From: a virus | DNA: 64,000 nucleotides | Direction: 5' to 3' (one strand) | Virus record (IMG/VR): IMGVR_UViG_3300036799_000060 | Part shown: positions 51,373 through 57,350 of the stretch, in pieces | How positions within the stretch are numbered: the first letter of the stretch is position 1 | Layout: the number at the start of each line of letters is the position of its first letter | Translations under genes and position numbers: made by a program | The notes under the pieces: generated by a model | Database searches by the model: none | The model's input: only the letters and a program-made list of their open reading frames with translations | What the model was told of the DNA's origin: nothing

Positions 51373-52109
51373 CAGTAGCACACCCCCAGCAGTTCAGCCA
51401 GCGAGGCCGCGAACCGCTGCGCCTCACCCGCGCCGTCGAACGTCTTGCCCGTCAGGACGTGGTGCAGCTTGCCCGTCTCGCCGTCGATGACGCACACCCG
51501 GGTGTACCAGCCTTCGGAGCCGCCGTTCAGGGCGTAGACGATGGTCTGCCCATCGCGGCCACCGGGCCACGGGCCGTCCTTGTCCAGCGCCACGCTCGGC
51601 ATGAAGTATTCGTTGTGGCCGGGGCCGGACTCGCCGACGGCGGACTCCAGGTCGGCGAACACCTCGCGGATAGTGCGGTTCCGCGCCCACCGGATGTAGC
51701 CGGTTTCCTGGCCCTGGTCGCCGAGCACCGGCTCCCACACCTGGGTGTCCACGGTGGGGCCGAACGGCGGCGACTCCGGGTCCGGCGGCGCGTTGTAGCA
51801 GATGCACTCGGCCACGGCGTGCAGGCCCGGGTTGCCGCACGGCAGTTCGCCAGCGGCCACGGCCTCCACCACGGTGTCAACCCGGCCGGTGCCGTGGACG
51901 CGGCGCAGGGTCCCGTCGGCCATCGTGCCGATGAAGTGGTCAACGTCGTCTGAGACGCCCTGGCGGCGCCGGAACCCGGCCAGTGTCTCCATCGAGTCGG
52001 ACCGCTTGGTGACGGCCGCAGCTAGGACGGTCTCGCGGATCAGGGCGTACCGGCGGACGGTGCGCGTCTCGACCCGGTGGCCGCGCGGGGTGGTGAAAGT
52101 GACTCGCAT
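51372..52109 (-). CDS. hypothetical protein (245 aa)
   Basis: ATG 52109 (MRVTFTTPRGHRVETRT...) within listed ORF 51372-52265. GC3 bias. Confidence 0.55.
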   Translation of the reverse strand: MRVTFTTPRGHRVETRTVRRYALIRETVLAAAVTKRSDSMETLAGFRRRQGVSDDVDHFIGTMADGTLRRVHGTGRVDTVVEAVAAGELPCGNPGLHAVAECICYNAPPDPESPPFGPTVDTQVWEPVLGDQGQETGYIRWARNRTIREVFADLESAVGESGPGHNEYFMPSVALDKDGPWPGGRDGQTIVYALNGGSEGWYTRVCVIDGETGKLHHVLTGKTFDGAGEAQRFAASLAELLGVCY

Positions 52110-52110
52110 G

Positions 52111-52341
52111 TCACACCAGCCATTCGCTGATGTCGGTGCCGAACTCATCCGCGAGATCAGCAGCCGCGCGGTACCGCAGTTCCGCTGGCGACTCGACCTC
52201 GGTGAAGTTGGCGGGAACCTCCGGGCTCCCGGTGGTGCGGGCCTCGCGCCGGGCCTTGCGCTCACGGGCCAGTGCCTTGCGGCTGGCCTCGGTGCGCTCG
52301 GCGACGGTCTCAGGCTGCGGGCCGGTGTTGGCGGTAGCCAT
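52111..52341 (-). CDS. small charged protein (76 aa), first gene of the leftward operon
   Basis: Listed ORF. Lys/Arg/Glu-rich N-terminus and acidic C-terminus. Confidence 0.5.
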   Translation of the reverse strand: MATANTGPQPETVAERTEASRKALARERKARREARTTGSPEVPANFTEVESPAELRYRAAADLADEFGTDISEWLV

Positions 52342-52507
52342 GTGGTGCTCCTATCTCTCTTCTCCGCTCCTCATGATACACCAATGTGCCCGGTGGCGTC
52401 TACCTGGGATTACCTGCAAAGACGCCACGCGGCAGTCAAGCCAGTGCAAACCTAACGCCAGGAAACTGCCGTCCAGGAGATCCGCCCGGCCCGGGTGAGA
52501 GGAGGCG
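52342..52507. promoter_or_regulatory. divergent intergenic control region
   Basis: 166 bp between divergent starts (52341 minus, 52508 plus). Locally lower GC. Inverted repeat GTGGCGTCT (52393-52401) / AGACGCCAC (52420-52428) encloses the direct repeat TACCTG-N5-TACCTG (52401-52417). GAGAGGAGG lies before ATG 52508. Confidence 0.45.
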
Positions 52508-53335
52508 ATGCGCGAGCCGCTTCGCCCCACTCCGCTACTCCCGGGAGGACCCGCGAATATGTTCACGCGCATGGCCGCCTCGGCGGCACAGCACACCCGC
52601 AACGCAACCAGCCTGGCCGCCTCGGTCATGGCCCAGGCCCACTGGCCCCGCACCGGGCGCCGCGCCCGCCACCTGACGATCACCGCCGCCGCCCTGGCCG
52701 CGTTCATCCCCGGCGGCCTCGCTGCGGCCTCGGCCGCTGCACCCGCAGCCGTCCACCACATCAGCTACCCGGCGCCTACAGCGTGGCTCGTGGCGCCGCC
52801 TGGCACCGGCTGGCCCGAACCGCCGGTCAGCGGCGACGCGGCCCGCGCCACGGCCACCGTCCACGCCATCCACACAGTAGCCAGGATCAAGGCTCACCGC
52901 CGCGCCGTGCGCCGAGCCCGAGCCAGGCGGCTGGCCGCCATCGCGGCAGCCGCCGCAGCGGCCCAGGCCGCGCAGCAGCAGGCCAGCCAGCAGCAGGCCG
53001 CCCCACCGGCCGTAGCCGGGCCGGTCACCACCACGCCAGCCGCGCCGACGCCGCCACCGGCCACAGGCGGGGTCCTCACCCCCGATGAGGTGGGCCAGTT
53101 CTGGCTCGGCGCTGGCGGCCCCGCCTCAGCCGAACTAGCGGCCGAGGCCGTGGCCATGTGCGAGTCCGGCGACAACCCCGGCGCGTTCAACCCGTCGGGC
53201 GCGACCGGCCTCTGGCAGATCCTCGGCGCCGTCGTGCCGGGCGACCTGACGGACCCGGCGGTGAACGCAGCCAACGCCGTAGCCAAGTTCGAGGCGTCCG
53301 GCGACACGTGGGCACAGTGGGTGTGCCAGCCCTGA
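52508..53335 (+). CDS. membrane-anchored/secreted lysozyme-like transglycosylase
   Basis: N-terminal hydrophobic LTITAAALAAFIPGGLAAASAAA, a Pro/Ala/Gln linker, then C-terminal AEAVAMCESGDNPGAFNPSGATGLWQI...DPAVNAANAVAKF...WAQW, typical of actinobacterial transglycosylase-like domains. Confidence 0.7.
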   Translation: MREPLRPTPLLPGGPANMFTRMAASAAQHTRNATSLAASVMAQAHWPRTGRRARHLTITAAALAAFIPGGLAAASAAAPAAVHHISYPAPTAWLVAPPGTGWPEPPVSGDAARATATVHAIHTVARIKAHRRAVRRARARRLAAIAAAAAAAQAAQQQASQQQAAPPAVAGPVTTTPAAPTPPPATGGVLTPDEVGQFWLGAGGPASAELAAEAVAMCESGDNPGAFNPSGATGLWQILGAVVPGDLTDPAVNAANAVAKFEASGDTWAQWVCQP

Positions 53336-53400
53336 TGTCACACCTGGTGAGGTAGCCTGCTGGGCAGTCGCCTACGTGGCTGACGTATCGGTATGGCACA

Positions 53401-53440
53401 GGAACGGCCCCCCGGAGTTGAGCGCCCGGGGGGCCGTTCC
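53401..53440. terminator. strong hairpin between the transglycosylase gene and the 3' end of the tRNA array
   Basis: Perfect 15-bp stem GGAACGGCCCCCCGG / CCGGGGGGCCGTTCC with a 10-nt loop. Confidence 0.6.
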
Positions 53441-53474
53441 GTTGGTCCTGGAGAACTCAGCAGCGTGTTCACGG

Positions 53475-53550
53475 TGGAGGCGCTGGCGGGACTCGAACCC
53501 GCGACTTACAGCTTTGCAGGCTGCACCATTGGCCGCTCTGGCACAGCGCC
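53475..53550 (-). tRNA. tRNA-Cys(GCA)
   Basis: The reverse complement folds as a 76-nt cloverleaf. Acceptor GGCGCTG/CAGCGCC, anticodon loop CT-GCA-AA, T-arm GCGGG-TTCGAGT-CCCGC, CCA encoded. Confidence 0.9.
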
Positions 53551-53651
53551 GTGGTGGACCCCCCGGGCTTCCAACCCAACCCGGGAGCACGGGGCTCGCG
53601 CGGGGAGTCCGTGGACCGATACCGCTGCGCAAGCGGCCGGTGCTCCAACCG

Positions 53652-53725
53652 TGGGCGCGGCCGGATTCGAACCGGCACCGCGTGGCTTAGGAGGCCACGG
53701 CTCTGTCCAGTTGAGCTACGCGCTC
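53652..53725 (-). tRNA. tRNA-Arg(CCT)
   Basis: D-arm GCTC/GAGC, anticodon stem GTGGC/GCCAC, loop CT-CCT-AA, T-arm GCCGG-TTCGAAT-CCGGC. The acceptor has one A2xC71 mismatch. Confidence 0.85.
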
Positions 53726-53726
53726 G

Positions 53727-53800
53727 TGCGGCTGGCGGGACTCGAACCCGCAACCCCCAGCTTCGGAAGCTGGCGCTCTGTCCTGTTGGGCTACAGCCAC
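53727..53800 (-). tRNA. tRNA-Arg(CCG)
   Basis: Acceptor GTGGCTG/CAGCCGC, stem CCAGC/GCTGG, loop TT-CCG-AA, T-arm GCGGG-TTCGAGT-CCCGC. Confidence 0.85.
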
Positions 53801-53801
53801 G

Positions 53802-53882
53802 TGCCAGGTGAGGGAATCGAACCCCCGGCGCCCGTAGGCGACTGCTTTACAGGCAGCGAAGCGGCCATCGCTAACCCCTGGC
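53802..53882 (-). tRNA. tRNA-Tyr(GTA), type II
   Basis: 81 nt. Loop CT-GTA-AA, long variable arm CGCC-TAC-GGCG, T-arm GGGGG-TTCGATT-CCCTC. Confidence 0.85.
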
Positions 53883-53883
53883 T

Positions 53884-53960
53884 TGGGGAGGGTGACGGGA
53901 CTCGAACCCGCAAGGGGCTGGCTCACAACCAGGTGCCCGATCCGTCTGGCTTCACCCACC
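53884..53960 (-). tRNA. tRNA-His(GTG)
   Basis: Extra 5' G(-1) opposite C73, loop TT-GTG-AG, T-arm GCGGG-TTCGAGT-CCCGT, CCA encoded. Confidence 0.85.
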
Positions 53961-53961
53961 G

Positions 53962-54034
53962 TGGGCGGTGCTGGACTCGAACCAGCGGCCTGCCGGGTGT
54001 GGACCGGCTGCTCTCCCAACTGAGCTAATCGCCC
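53962..54034 (-). tRNA. tRNA-Val(CAC), C at position 33
   Basis: Acceptor GGGCGAT/ACCGCCC, D-arm GCTC/GAGC, stem GCCGG/CCGGC, loop TC-CAC-AC, T-arm GCTGG-TTCGAGT-CCAGC. Confidence 0.8.
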
Positions 54035-54094
54035 GTGCGGTGAGGGGGGCCGGGTGCTCGCAAGCATGGACCGGGGTTAACTTCCCTCACCTCG

Positions 54095-54167
54095 TACGCC
54101 CGGAGGGATTCGAACCCCCATCTGACTGATTCGTAGTCAGCCGCTCTGTCCATTGAGCTACAGACGC
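54095..54167 (-). tRNA. tRNA-Arg(ACG)
   Basis: D-arm GCTC/GAGC, stem GCTGA/TCAGT, loop CT-ACG-AA, T-arm GGGGG-TTCGAAT-CCCTC. The acceptor has three G-U pairs. Confidence 0.8.
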
Positions 54168-54288
54168 TCGGTCGGTCCAGCGGCAGCCCGGCACTCGATT
54201 ACGGTCACTGTGCCGGTGCCCGGGGAAGCGTTAACCGCCTGTGCCGCCTGCCGGGCGAGGGAGCCTAGGACCACTCCCGCTGAACCGG

Positions 54289-54360
54289 TGGGTGACGCAG
54301 GGATCGAACCTGCGGCCTCCGCCTTGTCGGGGCGGTGCTCTCCCGCTGAGCTAGACACCC
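54289..54360 (-). tRNA. tRNA-Val(GAC), C at position 33
   Basis: D-arm GCTC/GAGC, stem CCGCC/GGCGG, loop CC-GAC-AA, T-arm GCAGG-TTCGATC-CCTGC. Confidence 0.8.
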
Positions 54361-54392
54361 GGGGGAGGGCTGAAGGCACGCCTTCGCCCTCG

Positions 54393-54466
54393 CGGGACCG
54401 ACGGGACTCGAACCCGCCCTACCGGGTTGACAACCCGGCGTGCTGACCGCGTGACACTACGGCCCC
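54393..54466 (-). tRNA. tRNA-Asp(GTC)
   Basis: Acceptor GGGGCCG/CGGTCCC, stem CCGGG/CCCGG, loop TT-GTC-AA, T-arm GCGGG-TTCGAGT-CCCGT. Confidence 0.85.
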
Positions 54467-54476
54467 ATGTTGTGCG

Positions 54477-54549
54477 CTCCTGCGGCAGGATTCGAACCTG
54501 CACCTCTCGCCTTAACAGGACGCTGCCCTACCAGTTGGGCTACGCAGGA
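54477..54549 (-). tRNA. tRNA-Asn(GTT)
   Basis: Acceptor TCCTGCG/CGCAGGA, D-arm GCCC/GGGC, loop CT-GTT-AA, T-arm GCAGG-TTCGAAT-CCTGC. Confidence 0.85.
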
Positions 54550-54580
54550 AAGACCGGTGGCCATCAGTACCCTTCAAGCC

Positions 54581-54964
54581 ATGCCCCACAAAGATCCTGA
54601 GGCGCGGCGGGCCTACCACCGTGACTACATGCGCAAGCGGCACGCGGAAGATGCCGAGGCCCGCAAGCTCCAGCTTGCGCGGGTGAAGCGGAACAACGAT
54701 CGGTACGCGGCGGCTAAGCGGGCCTGGTATGACGCCTACCTTGCCGAGCATCCCTGTGTGGACTGCGGCGAGGCCGACCCCGAGGTGCTGGACTTCGACC
54801 ACATCCCCGGGCGTGGCCCCAAACTGGCCAACGTGTCGGTGCTACTCCAGCAGCACTACTCGCTTCGCCGCCTCATAGCCGAGGTGGCGCTATGCGAGGT
54901 GCGCTGCGCGAACTGCCATCGCCGCATCACCCGGCGGCGCGAGCGCGAGGCGCTGGCCGCCTAG
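54581..54964 (+). CDS. HNH endonuclease (127 aa), antisense to the tRNA array
   Basis: ATG 54581. HPCVDCGEADPEVLDFDHIPGRGPKLANVS...CEVRCANCHRRIT is a clear HNH/zinc-finger core. Its stop at 54962-54964 abuts the tRNA at 54965. Confidence 0.8.
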   Translation: MPHKDPEARRAYHRDYMRKRHAEDAEARKLQLARVKRNNDRYAAAKRAWYDAYLAEHPCVDCGEADPEVLDFDHIPGRGPKLANVSVLLQQHYSLRRLIAEVALCEVRCANCHRRITRRREREALAA

Positions 54965-55042
54965 TTGCGGAGGTGGGATTCGAACCCACGATAGGCGCTG
55001 CTTATGAGACAGCCGAGGACGACCGAACTCCTCTACTCCGCA
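54965..55042 (-). tRNA. tRNA-Met(CAT) (elongator-like; Ile2 not excluded)
   Basis: Acceptor TGCGGAG/CTCCGCA, stem GCTGT/GCAGC, loop CT-CAT-AA, T-arm GTGGG-TTCGAAT-CCCAC. Unusually long D-loop (11 nt) and variable loop (7 nt). Confidence 0.75.
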
Positions 55043-55043
55043 G

Positions 55044-55121
55044 TGCCGTCGGCGGGAATCGAACCCGCGTCGTTTCCGAGTTGAAAGCCCGGCTGCCCCT
55101 GGCCATCAGAGCAACGACGGC
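55044..55121 (-). tRNA. tRNA-Glu(TTC)
   Basis: Acceptor GCCGTCG/CGACGGC, stem CCGGG/CTCGG, loop CT-TTC-AA, T-arm GCGGG-TTCGATT-CCCGC. 78 nt with a 7-nt variable loop. Confidence 0.75.
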
Positions 55122-55122
55122 G

Positions 55123-55194
55123 TGACCCCGGTGGGATTCGAACCCACACCGACCAGGCTGAGAACCTGGCATCCTTCCCGTAGACGACGGGGCC
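55123..55194 (-). tRNA. tRNA-Glu(CTC)
   Basis: Acceptor GGCCCCG/CGGGGTC, Glu-type short D-stem GTC...GAT, stem CCAGG/CCTGG, loop TT-CTC-AG, T-arm GTGGG-TTCGAAT-CCCAC. Confidence 0.8.
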
Positions 55195-55282
55195 TTGTGC
55201 GGCTCGGCCAGGCTGGCGTGCGGGGCCTTGCGGCACCGGGCAGTCTGCTGCCTGAGAGGCCAGTAAGTTCTGGCCGAGCCAG

Positions 55283-55356
55283 TGCATCGCCCCGGACTCG
55301 AACCGGGAACCCCGCCGGGTAGAAACCGGCCGCGCTGTCCGTTGCGCCAGCGATGC
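55283..55356 (-). tRNA. tRNA-Arg(TCT)
   Basis: Acceptor GCATCGC/GCGATGC, D-arm GCGC/GCGC, stem GCCGG/CCGGC, loop TT-TCT-AC, T-arm CCCGG-TTCGAGT-CCGGG. Confidence 0.85.
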
Positions 55357-55357
55357 G

Positions 55358-55430
55358 TGCCGTGCCAAGGACTCGAACCCTGCCACTCCGGGGTAAAAGC
55401 CCGGTGCCCAGCCAGCTAGGCGTACACGGC
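55358..55430 (-). tRNA. tRNA-Lys(TTT)
   Basis: Acceptor GCCGTGT/GCACGGC, stem CCGGG/CCCGG, loop CT-TTT-AC, T-arm CAGGG-TTCGAGT-CCTTG. Confidence 0.85.
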
Positions 55431-55431
55431 G

Positions 55432-55505
55432 TAGGCCAGTAGGGATTTGAACCCTCATCACCTGTTCATAAGGCAGGCGCACTAACCATGTTGTGCTACT
55501 GGCCG
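55432..55505 (-). tRNA. tRNA with anticodon TAT (Ile-AUA type), atypical and AT-rich
   Basis: D-arm GCAC/GTGC, T-loop TTCAAAT. The anticodon arm is CCTGC-CTTATGA-ACAGG with a C31xA39 mismatch and G37. Alternatively it folds as a 5-bp stem GCCTG/CAGGT with a 9-nt loop. The acceptor register is ambiguous (C1xT72, or shifted by 1 nt). Confidence 0.55.
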
Positions 55506-55506
55506 G

Positions 55507-55580
55507 TGGGCACCCTAGGGGTTGAACCTAGCTGCTACCGCCTTATCAGAGCGGCCTCGTCACCGGCTGAGTCGGTGCCC
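55507..55580 (-). tRNA. tRNA-Ile(GAT)
   Basis: Acceptor GGGCACC/GGTGCCC, stem CCGCT/GGCGG, loop CT-GAT-AA, T-arm CTAGG-TTCAACC-CCTAG. Confidence 0.85.
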
Positions 55581-55951
55581 TTGGCTCGCCAGCGGCGCAT
55601 ATAGCTGGCTTGCCATGCCCGGCGAAACGCCTTGCACTGTTCGCACGGGCACCGCCACCGGCCCACGCCGGATGGACACAGGGTGGCAGCGTAGTTCTCC
55701 TGGCTGGTCTTGTCCTGGTGGCAACCGGCTCCCCCGCAGAGAAGCTGGCACTTGTCAACCTCGGCCAGGAACCGGGGCAAGGCCCAGTTCGTGATCTCGG
55801 AGATGTTGGCCACCTTGGTGGCCGGATCGACGTGGTCGAAGTGGAGCCCGTCAGTGGTCCCACAGCCAGCGCAGTGCCCGCCAAGGCGGGCTCGGGCCAT
55901 CTCTAGCCGCTCGGCCCGGCGGCGGCGCTGGTATTCCGCGAAGTCGCGCAC
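55535..55951 (-). CDS. HNH endonuclease (138 aa)
   Basis: Listed ORF starting at GTG. HCAGCGTTDGLHFDHVDPATKVANIS...CQLLCGGAGCHQDKT. Its last approximately 15 codons overlap the 5' half of tRNA-Ile(GAT). Confidence 0.75.
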   Translation of the reverse strand: MRDFAEYQRRRRAERLEMARARLGGHCAGCGTTDGLHFDHVDPATKVANISEITNWALPRFLAEVDKCQLLCGGAGCHQDKTSQENYAATLCPSGVGRWRCPCEQCKAFRRAWQASYMRRWRAKGTDSAGDEAALIRR

Positions 55952-55984
55952 CTGGCCAGGTTATCAGGGTGCGCCTTCACTGGG

Positions 55985-56079
55985 AGGATGGGGCGGGATT
56001 CGAACCCGCACGGGGACTCCCGCCCCCTAACTGTTTTCGGGACAGCAGCCGGTAGGCCCAACCGTCGGCTTACCCATCC
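55985..56079 (-). tRNA. tRNA-Ser(CGA), type II, C at position 33
   Basis: Acceptor GGATGGG/CCCATCC, stem GCTGT/ACAGT, loop CC-CGA-AA, long variable arm GGGG-GCGGGAGT-CCCC, T-arm GCGGG-TTCGAAT-CCCGC. Oversized D-loop (about 16 nt), 95 nt in total. Confidence 0.7.
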
Positions 56080-56083
56080 ATCG

Positions 56084-56172
56084 CGGAAGGCGAGCGAATC
56101 GAACGCCCGCAGGACTCGCGCCCTGACCTCCGGTTAGCAACCGGGTGCCTTACCAGCCTCGGCCAGCCTTCC
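56084..56172 (-). tRNA. tRNA-Ser(GCT), type II
   Basis: Acceptor GGAAGGC/GCCTTCC, loop TT-GCT-AA, long variable arm, T-arm GGGCG-TTCGATT-CGCTC. 89 nt. Confidence 0.8.
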
Positions 56173-56182
56173 ATCGTGATGA

Positions 56183-56566
56183 TCACATCCGTGCCCGCCG
56201 CGCCCGCGCTCGGTTCCGGTTCCACGCCCGGCAGAGATCGCAATGGCACCTGTGGACGCAGTACATAGCTCGCGTGCCATGCCGGTACCCGGTGGCCTTG
56301 CTGGCGTTCTCGGCCAGCAGTTCGGTCTTGGTCTCGTGGCAGTAGTGGCATAGAACCTGGCACTTCGCCAGTTCTGCCTCGCGTCGCGCTTGCGCCCAAC
56401 TCCAGATCCGGTGACTGGCCTTGGCCAGTGCATTTTTGTGATCTAGCTCCAGGTCGTCCGTATCGCCACACCAGGCGCAGCGCTTGCCAGTGAACCATTC
56501 AGCGCGGCGCCGGGCCGCCCACTCCCGCTGGTACCTAGCCTGCTGGGCAGGATCGGCATAGGGCAT
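56183..56566 (-). CDS. HNH endonuclease (127 aa)
   Basis: Listed ORF. CAWCGDTDDLELDHKNALAKAS...CQVLCHYCHETKT. Confidence 0.75.
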   Translation of the reverse strand: MPYADPAQQARYQREWAARRRAEWFTGKRCAWCGDTDDLELDHKNALAKASHRIWSWAQARREAELAKCQVLCHYCHETKTELLAENASKATGYRHGTRAMYCVHRCHCDLCRAWNRNRARARRARM

Positions 56567-56592
56567 GTGTCCAGTCTAGCGGGCTGAACCTT

Positions 56593-56669
56593 TGGTAGCG
56601 CTCCGGGGACTCGAACCCCGAACACCCCGGGTCTGAGCCGGGTGGCTCTGCCAATTGGCCTAGAGCGCC
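56593..56669 (-). tRNA. tRNA with Leu anticodon CAG but class I (short variable loop) structure
   Basis: Acceptor GGCGCTC/GAGCGCT, D region TAGGCCAATTGGCAGAGCC, stem CCCGG/CCGGG, loop CT-CAG-AC, 5-nt variable GTGTT, T-arm CGGGG-TTCGAGT-CCCCG, A73, CCA encoded. Confidence 0.75.
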
Positions 56670-56670
56670 T

Positions 56671-56746
56671 TGGAGCGGCCGACGGGGATCGAACCCGCAT
56701 CCTCCACCTTGGCAAGGTGGTGCGCAGCCAGTTGCGCCACAACCGC
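56671..56746 (-). tRNA. tRNA-Gly(GCC)
   Basis: Acceptor GCGGTTG/CGGCCGC, D-arm GCGC/GCGC, stem CCACC/GGTGG, loop TT-GCC-AA, T-arm GCGGG-TTCGATC-CCCGT, CCA encoded. Confidence 0.85.
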
Positions 56747-56747
56747 A

Positions 56748-56819
56748 TGGAGCCCAACCCCGGTGCCGACCCGGGCGTCCCGTCCGTACCAGGGACGGGT
56801 GCGCGCTGGCGCGCTGGGC
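56748..56819 (-). tRNA. tRNA-Thr(GGT), miniaturised non-canonical form
   Basis: Acceptor GCCCAGC/GTTGGGC, D-hairpin GCGC-CAGC-GCGC (4-nt loop), loop CT-GGT-AC, T-arm CCCGG-GTCGGCA-CCGGG, T73, CCA encoded. Confidence 0.65.
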
Positions 56820-56823
56820 ATCG

Positions 56824-56895
56824 CTCCAGGGGCAGGGCTCGAACCTGCGTGATCCCGGTTCAAAGCCGGGGGTGGTAGCCGTCAACCACCCTGGA
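56824..56895 (-). tRNA. tRNA-Gln(TTG)
   Basis: Acceptor TCCAGGG/CCCTGGA (U1-A72), stem CCCGG/CCGGG, loop CT-TTG-AA, T-arm GCAGG-TTCGAGC-CCTGC. Confidence 0.85.
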
Positions 56896-56966
56896 TGGAG
56901 CCGCCTCCCGGTGCCGACCCGGGCCGCGCTGCTTACAGGGCAGCGGCCACGGCCGCGTGCGGCGGC
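56896..56966 (-). tRNA. tRNA-Thr(TGT), miniaturised non-canonical form, C33
   Basis: Acceptor GCCGCCG/AGGCGGC, D-hairpin CACG-CGGC-CGTG, stem GCTGC/GCAGC, loop CC-TGT-AA, T-arm CCCGG-GTCGGCA-CCGGG, T73, CCA encoded. Confidence 0.65.
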
Positions 56967-56970
56967 AAAG

Positions 56971-57044
56971 TGCCCCGGGCGGGAATCGAACCCGCAACAC
57001 CCGGCATCTCGGGCCGATGGCTCTGCCAGTTGGCCTACCAGGGC
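56971..57044 (-). tRNA. tRNA with Leu anticodon GAG, class I structure, C33
   Basis: Acceptor GCCCTGG/CCGGGGC, D region TAGGCCAACTGGCAGAGCC (paralogous to the CAG tRNA), stem TCGGC/GCCGG, loop CC-GAG-AT, variable GTGTT, T-arm GCGGG-TTCGATT-CCCGC, A73. Confidence 0.75.
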
Positions 57045-57115
57045 TGGAGCCGCCACCCGGTGCCGACCCGGGTCTCCCGCCTTACGGGGGCGGGGCCGCA
57101 GCCGTGCGCGGCGGC
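57045..57115 (-). tRNA. tRNA-Thr(CGT), miniaturised non-canonical form, C33
   Basis: Acceptor GCCGCCG/TGGCGGC, D-hairpin CGCA-CGGC-TGCG, stem CCGCC/GGCGG, loop CC-CGT-AA, T-arm CCCGG-GTCGGCA-CCGGG, T73, CCA encoded. Confidence 0.65.
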
Positions 57116-57119
57116 GAAG

Positions 57120-57193
57120 CTACCGGGGCTGGACTCGAACCAGCGGCGGCCAGGGTTCAGAGCCCTGGTTGGGATGCCAGCACCCACCCGGTA
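57120..57193 (-). tRNA. tRNA-Gln(CTG)
   Basis: Acceptor TACCGGG/CCCGGTA (U1-A72), stem CAGGG/CCCTG, loop CT-CTG-AA, T-arm GCTGG-TTCGAGT-CCAGC. Confidence 0.85.
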
Positions 57194-57198
57194 TCGCG

Positions 57199-57272
57199 TA
57201 GGCGGCGCGGGATTCGAACCCACAAGCACCAGGGTTTGAGCCTGGTCGCTCATCCGTTTGGCGTAGCCGCCC
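57199..57272 (-). tRNA. tRNA with Leu anticodon CAA, class I structure
   Basis: Acceptor GGGCGGC/GCCGCCT, stem CCAGG/CCTGG, loop CT-CAA-AC, 5-nt variable TGCTT, T-arm GTGGG-TTCGAAT-CCCGC, A73. Confidence 0.75.
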
Positions 57273-57276
57273 CTAG

Positions 57277-57350
57277 TACGCCCCGTGGGAGTCGAACCCA
57301 CACCCCGATCATTAAGAGTGACCTGCTCTGTCCAGTTAAGCTACGGGCGC
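57277..57350 (-). tRNA. tRNA-Lys(CTT)
   Basis: D-arm GCTT/GAGC, stem GGTCA/TGATC, loop CT-CTT-AA, T-arm GTGGG-TTCGACT-CCCAC. The acceptor has a G7xG66 mismatch. Confidence 0.8.

Noticed and set aside
53551-53651. Attempt to call a 38th tRNA (Ser/Leu type II or T-armless) between tRNA-Cys and tRNA-Arg(CCT)
   Set aside because: I found acceptor-like helices and even an A-CCA end. No fold gives both a 7-nt anticodon loop and a T-arm, and the best fold is only 59 nt. It is reported as a structured spacer instead.
53393-54028. 211-aa forward ORF and many other 60-170-aa ORFs across 53.4-59.1 kb
   Set aside because: They run through back-to-back tRNA genes. The recurring translated GFEP/GLEPA peptides are just the T-arm GGTTCGAA read as protein.
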